From contig JAUWCL010000002.1 in assembly GCA_030609325.1 (NCBI GenBank), positions 69,451-133,450 of the forward strand: 64,000 bases of DNA, given 5' to 3'. Below, piece by piece: positions 38,567-49,164 of this stretch; within the stretch, counting starts at the first letter, position 1, and each line of letters starts with the position of its first letter. Below the pieces are notes generated by a model. The model worked only from the letters and a program-made list of their open reading frames with translations. It had not been told where the DNA came from and searched no databases. The position numbers and the translations under genes were made by a program. Source of the DNA: Candidatus Krumholzibacteriota bacterium. GTDB taxonomy: Bacteria > Krumholzibacteriota > Krumholzibacteriia > Krumholzibacteriales > Krumholzibacteriaceae.

Positions 38567-40291
38567 ATGAACGAGACCAGAAATAAAACGCCCGAAGGCG
38601 GAAACGACAGCGAGGGCTCGCGCCCCGTAGATTTCATCAGGGCGATAATCGAGGAAGACATAAGGACCGGCAAGCACGACGGACGGGTCCACACAAGGTT
38701 CCCTCCCGAGCCGAACGGGTATCTCCATATAGGCCACGCGAAATCGATATGCCTCAACTTCGGCATCGCCGGGCAGTATAGCGGCCTCTGCAATCTCAGA
38801 TTCGACGACACGAACCCGAGCAGGGAGGACGTCGAGTACGTCGACTCGATCAGGGAAGACGTCCGCTGGCTCGGCTTCTCCTGGGACGACCGCGAATATT
38901 ACGCATCGGACTATTTCGAGCAGCTCTATGAGTTCGCCATTCAGCTTATCAAGGCCGGCAAGGCGTTCGTCTGTGACCTCACCGCCGAGCAGGTCAGGGA
39001 ATACCGCGGCACTCTGACCGAGCCGGGCAGAGAGAGCCCGTACCGCGACAGGAACATAGAGGAGAACCTCGACCTCTTCACCCGCATGCGCGCCGGCGAG
39101 TTCGAGGACGGATCCAGGACTCTGCGCGCGAAGATCGACCTGGCATCGGGGAACATCAACATGCGCGACCCAGTCATGTACCGCGTCCTGCGCGCCACGC
39201 ATCACCGCACCGACGACGAATGGTGCATCTACCCGATGTACGACTGGGCACACGGCTGCAGCGACTCGATCGAGGAGATCACCTATTCGATCTGCACCCT
39301 CGAGTTCGAGGCTCACCGCCCCCTCTACGACTGGTACCTCAGGGAGCTGGGGATCTTCCCGTCGCGGCAGATAGAATTCGCAAGGCTCAACCTCACGTAC
39401 ACGATAATGAGCAAGCGCAAGCTCCTCCAGCTCGTCGAGCAGGGGAAGGTCTCCGGCTGGGACGACCCGTTGATGCCGACGATCTCGGGGCTTCGACGGC
39501 GCGGCTACACCCCCGAGTCGATCAGGAACTTCGCCGCGACGATCGGTGTGGCGAAGAAGGACAACAGGGTCTCCATCGACCTGCTGGACCACTGCCTGTG
39601 CGAGGACCTCAATAAAAAAGCTTCGAGATTCATGGGAGTTCTGCACCCGCTGAAGGTCGTCATAGAGAACTATCCGGAAGACAAGACCGAGGAACTCGAG
39701 GCAGTCAACAATCCCGAGGATCCGGGGATGGGTACGAGGATGCTCCCCTTCTCGCGCGAAATATTTATAGAGCGTGAGGATTTCATGGAGGATCCGCCCC
39801 GAAAGTTCTTCCGCCTCGCTCCGGGGCGCGAGGTGAGGCTCAAGCACGCCTACTTCATCAAGTGCGAGAGCATAGTAAAGGACGAGAAGACGGGCGAGCT
39901 CGTCGAACTCCGATGCACCTACGACCATGAGACGAAGGGCGGCGATGCACCCGACGGCAGGAAGGTCAGGGGGACGCTTCACTGGGTCTCGGCCCGCCAT
40001 GCCGTCGATGCGACAATCCGCCTCTACGCCAGGCTCTTCACGAGGGAGAATCCCGACAACGCCGAGGAGGGAAAAACGTTCCTCGACTATATCAATCCCG
40101 ATGCCCTCGAGGAGCTGACCCACTGCAAGGTCGAGCCCTCATTGAAGGAATCGGATCCCGGCAGGCACTTCCAGTTCCTCAGGCACGGCTACTTCTGCGA
40201 GGACACCGATTCGACGGCGGATGCCCTCGTCTTCAACAGGACCGTCCCGCTGCGGGACACCTGGGCGAAGATAAAGAAGAAGCAAGGGTGA
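38567..40291 (+). CDS. glnS: glutaminyl-tRNA synthetase
   Basis: HIGH ([14 protein letters not shown]) and KMSKS-type (IMSKRKL) motifs; class I GlnRS length and architecture. Confidence 0.9.
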   Translation: MNETRNKTPEGGNDSEGSRPVDFIRAIIEEDIRTGKHDGRVHTRFPPEPNGYLHIGHAKSICLNFGIAGQYSGLCNLRFDDTNPSREDVEYVDSIREDVRWLGFSWDDREYYASDYFEQLYEFAIQLIKAGKAFVCDLTAEQVREYRGTLTEPGRESPYRDRNIEENLDLFTRMRAGEFEDGSRTLRAKIDLASGNINMRDPVMYRVLRATHHRTDDEWCIYPMYDWAHGCSDSIEEITYSICTLEFEAHRPLYDWYLRELGIFPSRQIEFARLNLTYTIMSKRKLLQLVEQGKVSGWDDPLMPTISGLRRRGYTPESIRNFAATIGVAKKDNRVSIDLLDHCLCEDLNKKASRFMGVLHPLKVVIENYPEDKTEELEAVNNPEDPGMGTRMLPFSREIFIEREDFMEDPPRKFFRLAPGREVRLKHAYFIKCESIVKDEKTGELVELRCTYDHETKGGDAPDGRKVRGTLHWVSARHAVDATIRLYARLFTRENPDNAEEGKTFLDYINPDALEELTHCKVEPSLKESDPGRHFQFLRHGYFCEDTDSTADALVFNRTVPLRDTWAKIKKKQG

Positions 40292-41707
40292 TTAATGCGC
40301 TGACAGCCATCCTTTTTTCTCGAACTCTCTTCTGGTAAGCCCGAACAGGATTTTTGGCATCTTTGTGAATGCGTACATTAAATCGAACGCAGAGAATATC
40401 CGTGCCGTGTAAGCCTTTTTGAGTATCTGACAAAACTGCCCGAAATTATAAAAATCGCTTCGTATCCTGTCACGTATCTGCCTCAGGTCCTTCAGGCTAT
40501 GCATGTCCGAGTACACCGGTCCCCCAACAGAATCACAATAATATCCGGGTGTGCTCTCGACCACCTCTTTCAACGGGGAAAACTTTTCTACTCTTAGCTT
40601 CTGGAAAGTTATTGAATCCAGCTTCATTTCTTTCGCAAATTGAGCGATGTAGACCATCTCTTCTTCCGTCTCCCCGATATTGCCGTAAATGAAATAGCCG
40701 TGAATATAGAAACTGTGTTTATTTAGAATCTTAAACGCTTCTCTTACCTGCTGCTGGGTAAAACCCTTACTGAGTTGCTCTAAAATCCTGTCATGGGGCG
40801 ATTCAATACCGATGAGCAATATCTTGAACCCGGCCTTCTCCGCCTTCTCCAGAAGCCCTGGATGCCTGGCGATTTCGATCCGGGTCTGGACAATGAATGT
40901 TTTCTTGATTCCGTTTTCTATGATCAGCTTGCATAGTTTTTCGCCTCTCTGGGGATTCGTGAAGAAGTTATCGTCACTGAACAAGACGACATCGGCAGTA
41001 ATGCTCTTGAGCTCTTCGATAACCGATTCAAGTGACCTCTCCGCATATTTTCTTTTATGTCCGAGGGGGTTCATGCTGAATGTACAAAACTTGCAGTTAT
41101 ATGGACACCCTCTGGAAGTGAGCACCGTATCGAAGGTGAATCTGGCTATCCTGGCCCCGTTTTGTACCCAATGGTAATCGTGTCTTCTCAGTGATCTGTC
41201 CGGAAAAGCAGCGTCCAGAACATCCGGAAGTGATCTGTTCTTGTTGTGTGTAAATATTCCGTTCTCACGATACGAGAGCCCAAGAATATCTCTGTGGGGA
41301 ACACCCTTGAGGATCTCTCTGATTGTCTCTTCCCCCTCACCCCTCACGATGAGATCGATATTCGGGCATCTCGCGAGCAGGACTTCAACCTCTTCTGTCG
41401 CCTTATGTCCTCCGACCACAGTGGTAACTTCATCCGGCAATGCGCAGATAAGATCGCAAATTTCGTTAAACTGTGAATCCCAGGTAATGCTTATGCATAA
41501 AAGGTCTATCTCATTTTTAATAAAATCGGATAATACTTTGACATCCCGGTATTCCTTGTCGTATCTCAAATCAAGGATGGTCACTTTTTCAACAAGATCT
41601 TTCATGTTCGTCGCGATGTATTCCAGTCCCGTGGGAGGAAAAACTCCCATCGTTGCCGTGGAATCCCTGAAATAAGGGTACAGGGCAAGTGCATGCTTAT
41701 ATGTCAC
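40292..41707 (-). CDS. B12-binding domain radical SAM protein (class B)
   Basis: N-terminal cobalamin-binding Rossmann-like domain and CPYNCKFC radical SAM cluster. The gene is markedly AT-richer (about 45% GC) than its surroundings. Confidence 0.8.
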   Translation of the reverse strand: MTYKHALALYPYFRDSTATMGVFPPTGLEYIATNMKDLVEKVTILDLRYDKEYRDVKVLSDFIKNEIDLLCISITWDSQFNEICDLICALPDEVTTVVGGHKATEEVEVLLARCPNIDLIVRGEGEETIREILKGVPHRDILGLSYRENGIFTHNKNRSLPDVLDAAFPDRSLRRHDYHWVQNGARIARFTFDTVLTSRGCPYNCKFCTFSMNPLGHKRKYAERSLESVIEELKSITADVVLFSDDNFFTNPQRGEKLCKLIIENGIKKTFIVQTRIEIARHPGLLEKAEKAGFKILLIGIESPHDRILEQLSKGFTQQQVREAFKILNKHSFYIHGYFIYGNIGETEEEMVYIAQFAKEMKLDSITFQKLRVEKFSPLKEVVESTPGYYCDSVGGPVYSDMHSLKDLRQIRDRIRSDFYNFGQFCQILKKAYTARIFSAFDLMYAFTKMPKILFGLTRREFEKKGWLSAH

Positions 41708-41970
41708 TCTTTCAGATCCTTCTTTTTGACGTGCGGGGTTGTGGAATCCTTCACTGATCGGATTCTATTAGATACCGTTGGAACTGTCAATATTGAGGAA
41801 TCAGACACAAGAATCACTGAGTATTTATCGGATGCTTTTTTAGGCACAGGATCTTCGTAATCTTCGGCTCCGGCAAGGAGATAGAGATCGACTGGGACGA
41901 TTTCAACTGCGTCGAATTCAAATAACCGATACCGCCGCCATATGTCTTGACATAACGCGGACACTTCCAT
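41704..41970 (-). CDS. small ORF (88 aa) translationally coupled to the B12-radical SAM gene
   Basis: Its TGA overlaps the GTG start of the radical SAM gene (GTGA); it shares the low GC of that gene. No recognisable motif. Confidence 0.35.
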   Translation of the reverse strand: MEVSALCQDIWRRYRLFEFDAVEIVPVDLYLLAGAEDYEDPVPKKASDKYSVILVSDSSILTVPTVSNRIRSVKDSTTPHVKKKDLKE

Positions 41971-42032
41971 TACGAATGGAATACCGATTAGGGAGGGACA
42001 GAATCCAGGGCTGAACGAAAGGCAGAGATGTC

Positions 42033-42578
42033 ATGAGCAGAACGCGTTGTCTTGCGGTTTTCGGATTGATTCTCATTATGGTCTTTATGAGCGTTCCCGG
42101 CGGCGCCCAGGAGCCGGACACCGGCAACGACTCTCACAGGCACCTGCTCACGACCAATCCCTTCCTCTTCCTCTTCAACTGGTACAACATCGAATACGAA
42201 CTCAAGGTCGCAAGACACAGCACAGTAGGATTCGCTGGATCGTATGTCACATTCGACGACGGCAGGGAGACCTACGCCGGCGGCAGCCTGCTCTACAGAT
42301 ACTACGCCTCGGGAAAGGCGCCCGGAGGGTTTTATCTCGGCGGCAGGCTGGGTATGTTCGGCGTGGAGATTGAGAATTCGATCACGCATGACTCTGAAAA
42401 GGAAAACACCTACGGATTCGGCATCGACGTGGGTTATACGTGGCTGCTCGGCGATACGCGCAGTTTTGCCATCAGCATGGGAGCCGGGGCGATCCGGTAC
42501 TTCGGCGGCGACCTCGCTGATGACGCCAAGGCCGGCATGCCGATCATACGGCTCGTGAATATCGGCTTCAGGTTCTAG
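42033..42578 (+). CDS. small outer-membrane beta-barrel protein
   Basis: Signal peptide, alternating beta-strand pattern and C-terminal aromatic (GFRF) terminus typical of OmpW/OmpA-like barrels. Confidence 0.5.
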   Translation: MSRTRCLAVFGLILIMVFMSVPGGAQEPDTGNDSHRHLLTTNPFLFLFNWYNIEYELKVARHSTVGFAGSYVTFDDGRETYAGGSLLYRYYASGKAPGGFYLGGRLGMFGVEIENSITHDSEKENTYGFGIDVGYTWLLGDTRSFAISMGAGAIRYFGGDLADDAKAGMPIIRLVNIGFRF

Positions 42579-42723
42579 CCGACCGCCGCCCTACAGGCGG
42601 ACACATTCGGGGAAATCACACTACCGGGGAGCCCCCCACCAGACGATACCGGGGCTGAGAACCTGGAGGAGATCCGGGGACCCGTCGAACCTGATCAGGT
42701 CAGGACCTGCGGAGGGAGCAAGC

Positions 42724-43764
42724 ATGAACCAGGAAAAACTTCCCGAACTCGGCAAGATCCACCCCCAGTTCTTCGATCGCGTGATCTACCCGCGCCTCGG
42801 AGTCACTGACGATGACATCATTATCGGCCCGCGCCATGGTGTCGATTACGGAGTGATCCGGGTCGGCGGGCAGGCAATCGCCATATCGACCGATCCTTTC
42901 TTCATCGTTCCGTCGTTCGGATTCGACAGGGCCGCATGGTTCGCATTCCATATTATCTTCTGCGATGTAGCGGTCTCGGGGCTTCCCCCGAAGCACCTCG
43001 CCATCGACCTCAACCTTCCGCCGGAGATGACCGAGGAGCAGATCGAGGAGATGTGGAACGCCGTGCACGAGGAGTCGGTCAAGTACGGGATAAGCGTCGT
43101 CACGGGGCATACTGCGCGGTATACCGGGTGCGCTTACCCAATGGTCGGCGGCGCGACCGCCATAGCTATCGGCGACGAGTCCGACCTGAGGGGGCCCCAC
43201 AGGGCCGCCGTCGGGGACAGGATCGTTATCACGAAGGGCCCGGCGATCGAGACCACGGGACTTCTCGCCGTACTCTTCCCCGAGAGGTTCATATCGGCCG
43301 GCGGCGAGGATTTCCAGAGAGACGCCGCGGACGTCTTCGACCAGATGTCGGTCCTCGACGATTGCATCATAGCGAGAGAGTTTCCCGGAGTACATGTCAT
43401 GCACGACGCGACCGAGTGCGGGATACTCGGCGGGCTGTACGAGATGGCCAGGGCAGGATCCTACGGCCTGCGAATCGAGCAGGACCTCATACCGGTCCAG
43501 CCCGTTTTGCAGAAGACTGCGGATCTATTCAAATTCGATATGTTCAGCGCTATAAGCGAGGGGACCCTCATAGCGGTCGTCGCCGCGGATGAGGCGGACG
43601 AGCTGGTGACGGCTCTCAAAGAAAACGGCATACCGGGAGCGGTCTGCGGGGAGATAGTCCCCGAAAGCGACGGCCTAAAGATTGTCCGGGACGGCGAAGA
43701 ATCGGCCCTCGAGCACCCGGTGACCGACCCCTACTGGGCACTCGCTGCGGAGTTCTCGAAATAG
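42724..43764 (+). CDS. AIR synthase-related (PurM-like fold) protein
   Basis: PurM-like N- and C-domains (IAISTDPFFIVP..., GISVVTGHTA, ATECGILGGLYEMA). Confidence 0.6.
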   Translation: MNQEKLPELGKIHPQFFDRVIYPRLGVTDDDIIIGPRHGVDYGVIRVGGQAIAISTDPFFIVPSFGFDRAAWFAFHIIFCDVAVSGLPPKHLAIDLNLPPEMTEEQIEEMWNAVHEESVKYGISVVTGHTARYTGCAYPMVGGATAIAIGDESDLRGPHRAAVGDRIVITKGPAIETTGLLAVLFPERFISAGGEDFQRDAADVFDQMSVLDDCIIAREFPGVHVMHDATECGILGGLYEMARAGSYGLRIEQDLIPVQPVLQKTADLFKFDMFSAISEGTLIAVVAADEADELVTALKENGIPGAVCGEIVPESDGLKIVRDGEESALEHPVTDPYWALAAEFSK

Positions 43765-44004
43765 CCCGTCCCCGGCGCGTGACGGTTAAAGCTCTACACG
43801 TATGAGAATGCCGAACGTGATGCCGCCGGCCAGGACCAGCATGCGCTTCAATTGCCTGCACGCAGCATCCCACTCGTCCTGACCCCTGGATATTCCATCA
43901 GGAAGCATTATATGCCGAATCTTGCATATATGACTCACGTTTCCTATATGGTAGTACTATGATATACTGTTTGTGTGATGTGAAATGTATCTTCAGGGAG
44001 TATC

Positions 44005-46626
44005 GTGATGTTCTTGATTCAAAACAGGACAGGAACCGGTCGGCACATCCTGTATGAAAAGCACCGAAAAGCGTTACTCATGATAATCCTCATCCTTATC
44101 TGCGAAGCCGCGAATTACTATTCGCACTTCGTGCTGCACAGCGAGCTTCTTTTCTCTCACACCTTCTATATCCCTATCGTCCTGGCCTGTTTCTGGTGGA
44201 CCAAACGGGGCGTCTGGGTGGCAATATTTTTGGCGGCTTCCTACATAGCCTTTAATATTCTTTCCGGCCTCAATACCGCGCTCGCTCTTATCATTTTTCG
44301 GTCCGCGATGTTTATCGGGGCAGGCATCACGGTGGGAATTCTCAGGGAACATGCATTGCGCTCGGAGAAAAACCTGTATGTGATGTGTGATTATCTGGAT
44401 AACCTGATGAAATTCGCCAATTCGCCCATCATAATCTGGGACCCGGCATCCAGGATCACACACTTCAATCGCGCTTTCGAAAACCTCACCGGTTATTCGG
44501 CCGACGAAGTAATTGGCGAAACATTTGACATCCTCTTTCCCGAATCAAATCGCGAAAAATCTCTGAGAAAAATAGACCGAGCCCGGAGCGGCGAATTCTG
44601 GGAATCCGTGGAAATCACCATTCAATGCAAAGACGGGGAATCGCGCTCGATAATCTGGAATTCGGCAAACATCTATGATGATAAAGGCGATGTTCTTGTT
44701 GCGATTATCGCCCAGGGACAAGATATCACCGAGCGAATTATCGCATACGATGCCCTGCGGACAAGCGAGGAACTGTACCGCACCATGGTCGAGCAATCCA
44801 ACGATATGATCTGGACCCTGGACACGAAGGGAAACTTCATCTTTTTCAACAAGCGATCCGAGGAAATCAGCGGTCACAAGCTTGAAGAATGGCTCGGCAG
44901 GTCCTTTGCCCCACTGATCGAGGAGAAGGATCTGTCTCTTGTTACAGATGTCTTTAATAAAACCCTCAACGGAGAGCCTCAGCACTACGATGTGCGGGTG
45001 AAAAAAGGCACCGGTGATATCATCACCCTTTCAGTCAATACCGCACCCATAATGAAAGAAGGCAAAGTCACCGGCACCGTGAGTTTCGGGCGCGACATCA
45101 CCGAACGGGGAAAAGCGATCGAGGCATTGAAGGAATCAGAGGAAAAGTATCGTGTTTTATTCGAAGCCGCCAAGGATGCAATCTTTTTGTGCGACGAATC
45201 GGGGCGATTCGTCGATGTGAACCTGGCAGCCTGTAACTCGCTTGGTTACAGCAGAGAAGAATTACTGAAGATGAGCAACCGCGATATTGACGCCAATTCC
45301 ACGGGGCTTGACGCTTTCCGTAATGTACGAGATGGAAAATCGAAGGAAGCTTTATTCGAGGTCGATCAACGCAGAAAGGACGGAACGCTCTTACCGAGAG
45401 AAATCACCGGAAGCGTATACTATAGCGGCGGAAGTCGCATCTTTCTTGCGATTGCGCGCGATATCAGCGAGCGAAAGAGGCTTGAAGAACAACTCCGGCA
45501 GTCCCACAAAATGGAGGCAATAGGAACAATGGCCGGTGGTGTGGCTCATGATTTCAATAACCTCCTGGTACCGATCCTTGGATTTACCGAGATCGTGATA
45601 TCAGATCTGCCGAAGGACAGTCGAGCGGGCGAGGATCTTATTCACGTACTGGATGCGGGGAGGAGAGCCAGGCAACTGGTGAACCAGATCCTTACTTTCA
45701 GCCGGAAGGGCGAAATTCAGCTGAAACCGGTCAACATGGCGCTTGTCGTCGAGGAAGCTCTCGTGTTGATAGGCCATACGCTGCCGACTACGATAGAGAT
45801 AAGTCGACATATCGAGTCAAACATAAATACGGTCAACGCCGATCCCACACAGATACACCAGATATTAATGAATCTCTGTACAAATGCGGGACATGCCATG
45901 CCGAAAGGCGGCATTCTGGAAATCTCACTGGCCAATGTAGAACTCGACGAAGAGCTCAAAGACGAATTCGATGAACTGCCCGCCGGTTCCTATGTCAAGC
46001 TTTCCGTCAAGGACTCGGGGATCGGCATGAGCGAGAAAACACTGAAACGCATCTTCGATCCTTTTTTCACGACCAAGGCCAAGGATCTGGGCACAGGAAT
46101 GGGTCTGTCCGTTGTCCAGGGTATAGTAAAAAGCCATAACGGCAGCATAACCGTTCAGAGCGAGATAGGCTCGGGGTCAAACTTTATAATTTTACTTCCA
46201 ACAGTTCAGAACGTTTCTGAGGTTTCGACAGCAAGCGACGCGCCTGTCCCGAGAGGAACGGAATCCATTCTCTTTGTTGACAACGAACCCGCAATAGCGA
46301 AAATGGGCGGGAGAACGCTCGAGCGCCTGGGTTACAGTGTTGTAACAAGGACGAGTAGTAAAGAAGCGCTCGAGTTAATCCTCCTCGATCCCGGGAAGTT
46401 CGATCTCGTTATCACGGATCAAACAATGCCGCACATGACCGGAGTCGACCTTGCGACCGAGATCCTGAAAGTCCGGCCCAACCTTCCGATCATCCTTTGT
46501 ACCGGATACAGCCAGAATATGACTTCGAAGAAAGCCCGTGCGTCCGGTATCCGTAAGCTGATAATGAAACCCCTTGTCGGAGCTGAGCTTGGCCATACCG
46601 TCCGAGAAGTCCTGGATGAATCATAA
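44005..46626 (+). CDS. hybrid sensor histidine kinase (TM sensor, multiple PAS, HisKA, HATPase, receiver)
   Basis: N-terminal multi-TM region, several PAS domains, H-box (VAHDFNNLL), ATPase G-boxes (DSGIGM, GTGMGLSVV) and C-terminal receiver domain (ILFVDNEP...ITDQTMPHMTG). Lower GC than flanks. Confidence 0.8.
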   Translation: MMFLIQNRTGTGRHILYEKHRKALLMIILILICEAANYYSHFVLHSELLFSHTFYIPIVLACFWWTKRGVWVAIFLAASYIAFNILSGLNTALALIIFRSAMFIGAGITVGILREHALRSEKNLYVMCDYLDNLMKFANSPIIIWDPASRITHFNRAFENLTGYSADEVIGETFDILFPESNREKSLRKIDRARSGEFWESVEITIQCKDGESRSIIWNSANIYDDKGDVLVAIIAQGQDITERIIAYDALRTSEELYRTMVEQSNDMIWTLDTKGNFIFFNKRSEEISGHKLEEWLGRSFAPLIEEKDLSLVTDVFNKTLNGEPQHYDVRVKKGTGDIITLSVNTAPIMKEGKVTGTVSFGRDITERGKAIEALKESEEKYRVLFEAAKDAIFLCDESGRFVDVNLAACNSLGYSREELLKMSNRDIDANSTGLDAFRNVRDGKSKEALFEVDQRRKDGTLLPREITGSVYYSGGSRIFLAIARDISERKRLEEQLRQSHKMEAIGTMAGGVAHDFNNLLVPILGFTEIVISDLPKDSRAGEDLIHVLDAGRRARQLVNQILTFSRKGEIQLKPVNMALVVEEALVLIGHTLPTTIEISRHIESNINTVNADPTQIHQILMNLCTNAGHAMPKGGILEISLANVELDEELKDEFDELPAGSYVKLSVKDSGIGMSEKTLKRIFDPFFTTKAKDLGTGMGLSVVQGIVKSHNGSITVQSEIGSGSNFIILLPTVQNVSEVSTASDAPVPRGTESILFVDNEPAIAKMGGRTLERLGYSVVTRTSSKEALELILLDPGKFDLVITDQTMPHMTGVDLATEILKVRPNLPIILCTGYSQNMTSKKARASGIRKLIMKPLVGAELGHTVREVLDES

Positions 46627-46766
46627 TGAAATGAAGAAGAACTGACGCTATGGCTGCCGCTTGCCTCATTACTCCCCGAAAGTGTCCCTTTAGATTCAAA
46701 GCCGGACAGGTTATAATCCTTGCTGATCTACTTCCAGCCCCCATCCCTGCACGAGGAGGAATCGAC

Positions 46767-47729
46767 ATGGTTTCCGAGATTACCGTTCGTGATTTGAACA
46801 CAGAAGAGTTCATCGATCAGAAAATCGAAGAAATCAGGTCCGCTGTCGGGGACGGCCTGGCAATCAACGCCCTTTCTGGAGGTGTCGATTCGTCGGTAGT
46901 GACAATGATCGGCCATCGAGCGCTCGGCGACAGGCTCAGAACGGTCTTTGTCGAAAACGGGTTGATGCGCGAGGGCGAGCCGGAATGGGTGGTCGACCTC
47001 TTCGGCAAGCTGGGAGTCAAGGTCGAGCTGGTAGATGCACGAAAGGAATTTTTCTCGGCCCTGGAAGGTATCACCGATCCGGAAGAGAAGCGCGAGGGTA
47101 TTACGCAGACATTCTACAAGGGCGTGTTCGGACGCATAGTCAGGGAAAGCGGTGCGAAACATCTTCTCCAGGGAACAATCCTGACCGATGTCGACGAGAC
47201 GGTCGCCGGCATCAAGCGCCAGCATAACGTCTTCAAGCAGCTCGGCATCGATCCGCAGGAGACATTCGGCTACAAGATCATCGAGCCTCTCATCCAGCTG
47301 CGCAAGGACGGCGTCCGCAAGATCGGCGAGGCGCTCGGCCTTCCGGAGGAGATCTTCAACCGCATCCCTTTCCCGGGACCGGCGCTCGCCGCGCGCGTGA
47401 TCGGAACGGTCACGCCGGAGCGCATCGATCTGGTCCGCAAGGCAACCACGATAGTCGAACGTCTGCTGAAGGACACGAATGCCTTTCAATATATGGCGAT
47501 CCTTCACGAGGACCGCGTCACCGGCATGCGCGACGGCAATCGCGACTTCGGCCTTCAGATCGAGGTCCGGTGCTGGGACAGCGTCGATGCACGGACCGCG
47601 TCTCCGACGAGACTTCCCTTCGATATGCTCGAAAAACTCGCCGACGAGATCATTCGCGGCGTACCGGGCGTAGTGAGCGTTACATACAACATCGCCACGA
47701 AACCGCCCTCGACGATCGAAGTGGTGTAA
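46767..47729 (+). CDS. guaA: GMP synthase ATP-pyrophosphatase subunit (GuaA C-terminal half as a separate protein)
   Basis: PP-loop SGGVDSSV, GMP-synthase dimerisation C-terminus (...NIATKPPSTIEVV). No glutamine amidotransferase domain in the ORF or adjacent. Confidence 0.75.
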   Translation: MVSEITVRDLNTEEFIDQKIEEIRSAVGDGLAINALSGGVDSSVVTMIGHRALGDRLRTVFVENGLMREGEPEWVVDLFGKLGVKVELVDARKEFFSALEGITDPEEKREGITQTFYKGVFGRIVRESGAKHLLQGTILTDVDETVAGIKRQHNVFKQLGIDPQETFGYKIIEPLIQLRKDGVRKIGEALGLPEEIFNRIPFPGPALAARVIGTVTPERIDLVRKATTIVERLLKDTNAFQYMAILHEDRVTGMRDGNRDFGLQIEVRCWDSVDARTASPTRLPFDMLEKLADEIIRGVPGVVSVTYNIATKPPSTIEVV

Positions 47730-47740
47730 AGGTGATTATC

Positions 47741-48180
47741 TCAGCTTCCGAAAACCCGCTTCAATAAATCGGTCGTGCGGGCCGCCGGATCCTGCCTGAT
47801 CTTCTGCTCCTCCTGGGCCAGAACGTTGAACAGCCCCGCTGCCTCGTCGGTCGCGTATTCATCGAGATCGACGAGCCGGGGTGTCCCAGCAAACGGGAGA
47901 CTGTTGCAGGCATCGGCTGCCTGGCCGTAAACGCGCATAAGCCCGATCTCCTCGATCTTACACTCGATTATCGGATGGAACCGGCCTCCAGCTCGTCGCC
48001 ATAACTGCCGAGGCCGGCCTGGCGCAGGGTCGAGGTCACCGGCTCCAGCTGCTCGGGAAGGACGATCCGGATCAGTTCATTGCCGAGATATCCGTCCAAC
48101 CGGGATGTGGAAAGCACCGTGCAGCTTTTTCCCGATCAATCCCTCGATTTCCGAGCCAGTTATCTCGGAACCAACCTTCT
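47741..48180 (-). pseudogene. frameshifted remnant of an unidentified gene
   Basis: Two protein-like reverse-strand reading frames abut around 47990 (...VLPEQLEPVTSTLRQAGLGSYGDELEAGSI / ...HPIIECKIEEIGLMRVYGQAADACNSL...LLKRVFGS). Only a 65-aa ATG ORF survives. Confidence 0.25.
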
Positions 48181-48248
48181 TTGTGGATGAAGCTGCTGTT
48201 TCCCCTTCCCTGCTTTAACAACAATATGATCGGACTCGGTGAAAGACG

Positions 48249-49163
48249 TCATCTCCAGAGATCGGTGCTCAGATACCTTTCCCCCCTGTCCGGAAGGATC
48301 ACTACGATGTGTTTCCCCGTATTCTCCTTTCGCCGAGCAACCTCAAGCGCAACCGCCGTCGCCGCGCCCGATGATATTCCGACAAATATTCCCTCCCGCC
48401 GCGCCAAGAGCCTCGTCATCCCTTTCGCCGCCTCATCGGTAACGGTGACTACCTCATCGATAATCTCTCTATTTAGAACCTCCGGCACAAAACCGGCTCC
48501 GATACCCTCGATTGAATGAGGTCCCGCTTTGCCGCCGCTTAGTACCGCAGAGTGGCCCGGCTCGACGGCAATAACTTTTATTTGTTTTCGTTTCGACTTT
48601 AAAAACGCTCCAACACCGGTGATGGTTCCCCCCGTGCCAACGCCGCATACGATATAATCTATCCTGCCCTTTGTCGCTTCCCAGATTTCCGGCCCTGTCG
48701 TCTTTTTATGCACTTCGGGATTGGCCGGATTGGAAAATTGGCGGGGCATATACCAATTTCTGTTCTGTGACACCAACAGCTCGGCTTCTTCCACTGCTCC
48801 GCGCATCCCTCTTGCAGCCGGAGTTAAAACGATATTCGCCCCGTATGAAGACAGGATCTTTCTGCGCTCGACACTCATCGATTCCGGCATTGTAACAACC
48901 AAAGAATATCCCCTGACGGCGGCGATGAGGGCAAGACCAATGCCGGTATTCCCGCTCGTCGGTTCGATAATCGTATCGCCGGGCTCGAGATACCCGTTTG
49001 CTTCCGCGCTATCGATCATGGAAAGAGCAATCCGGTCCTTCACGCTACCACCTGGATTCCGGCCCTCGAGTTTCACCGAAACTGTTCCAGTGAAATCCTC
49101 TATCAGAGTCCGGAGCGGGACGAGCGGGGTGTTCCCGATTAAAGAGATAAGATCACGCACCAT
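48249..49163 (-). CDS. cysK: cysteine synthase (O-acetylserine sulfhydrylase)
   Basis: PLP-lysine motif (NPGGSVKDR) and GTGGTITG loop; internal ATG start. Confidence 0.85.
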   Translation of the reverse strand: MVRDLISLIGNTPLVPLRTLIEDFTGTVSVKLEGRNPGGSVKDRIALSMIDSAEANGYLEPGDTIIEPTSGNTGIGLALIAAVRGYSLVVTMPESMSVERRKILSSYGANIVLTPAARGMRGAVEEAELLVSQNRNWYMPRQFSNPANPEVHKKTTGPEIWEATKGRIDYIVCGVGTGGTITGVGAFLKSKRKQIKVIAVEPGHSAVLSGGKAGPHSIEGIGAGFVPEVLNREIIDEVVTVTDEAAKGMTRLLARREGIFVGISSGAATAVALEVARRKENTGKHIVVILPDRGERYLSTDLWR

Positions 49164-49164
49164 A

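Noticed and set aside
35584-40123. Several 450-580-aa minus-strand ORFs across the OMP, PflX-like and glnS genes
   Set aside because: All are antisense to genes with strong motif support, with shadow-type composition.
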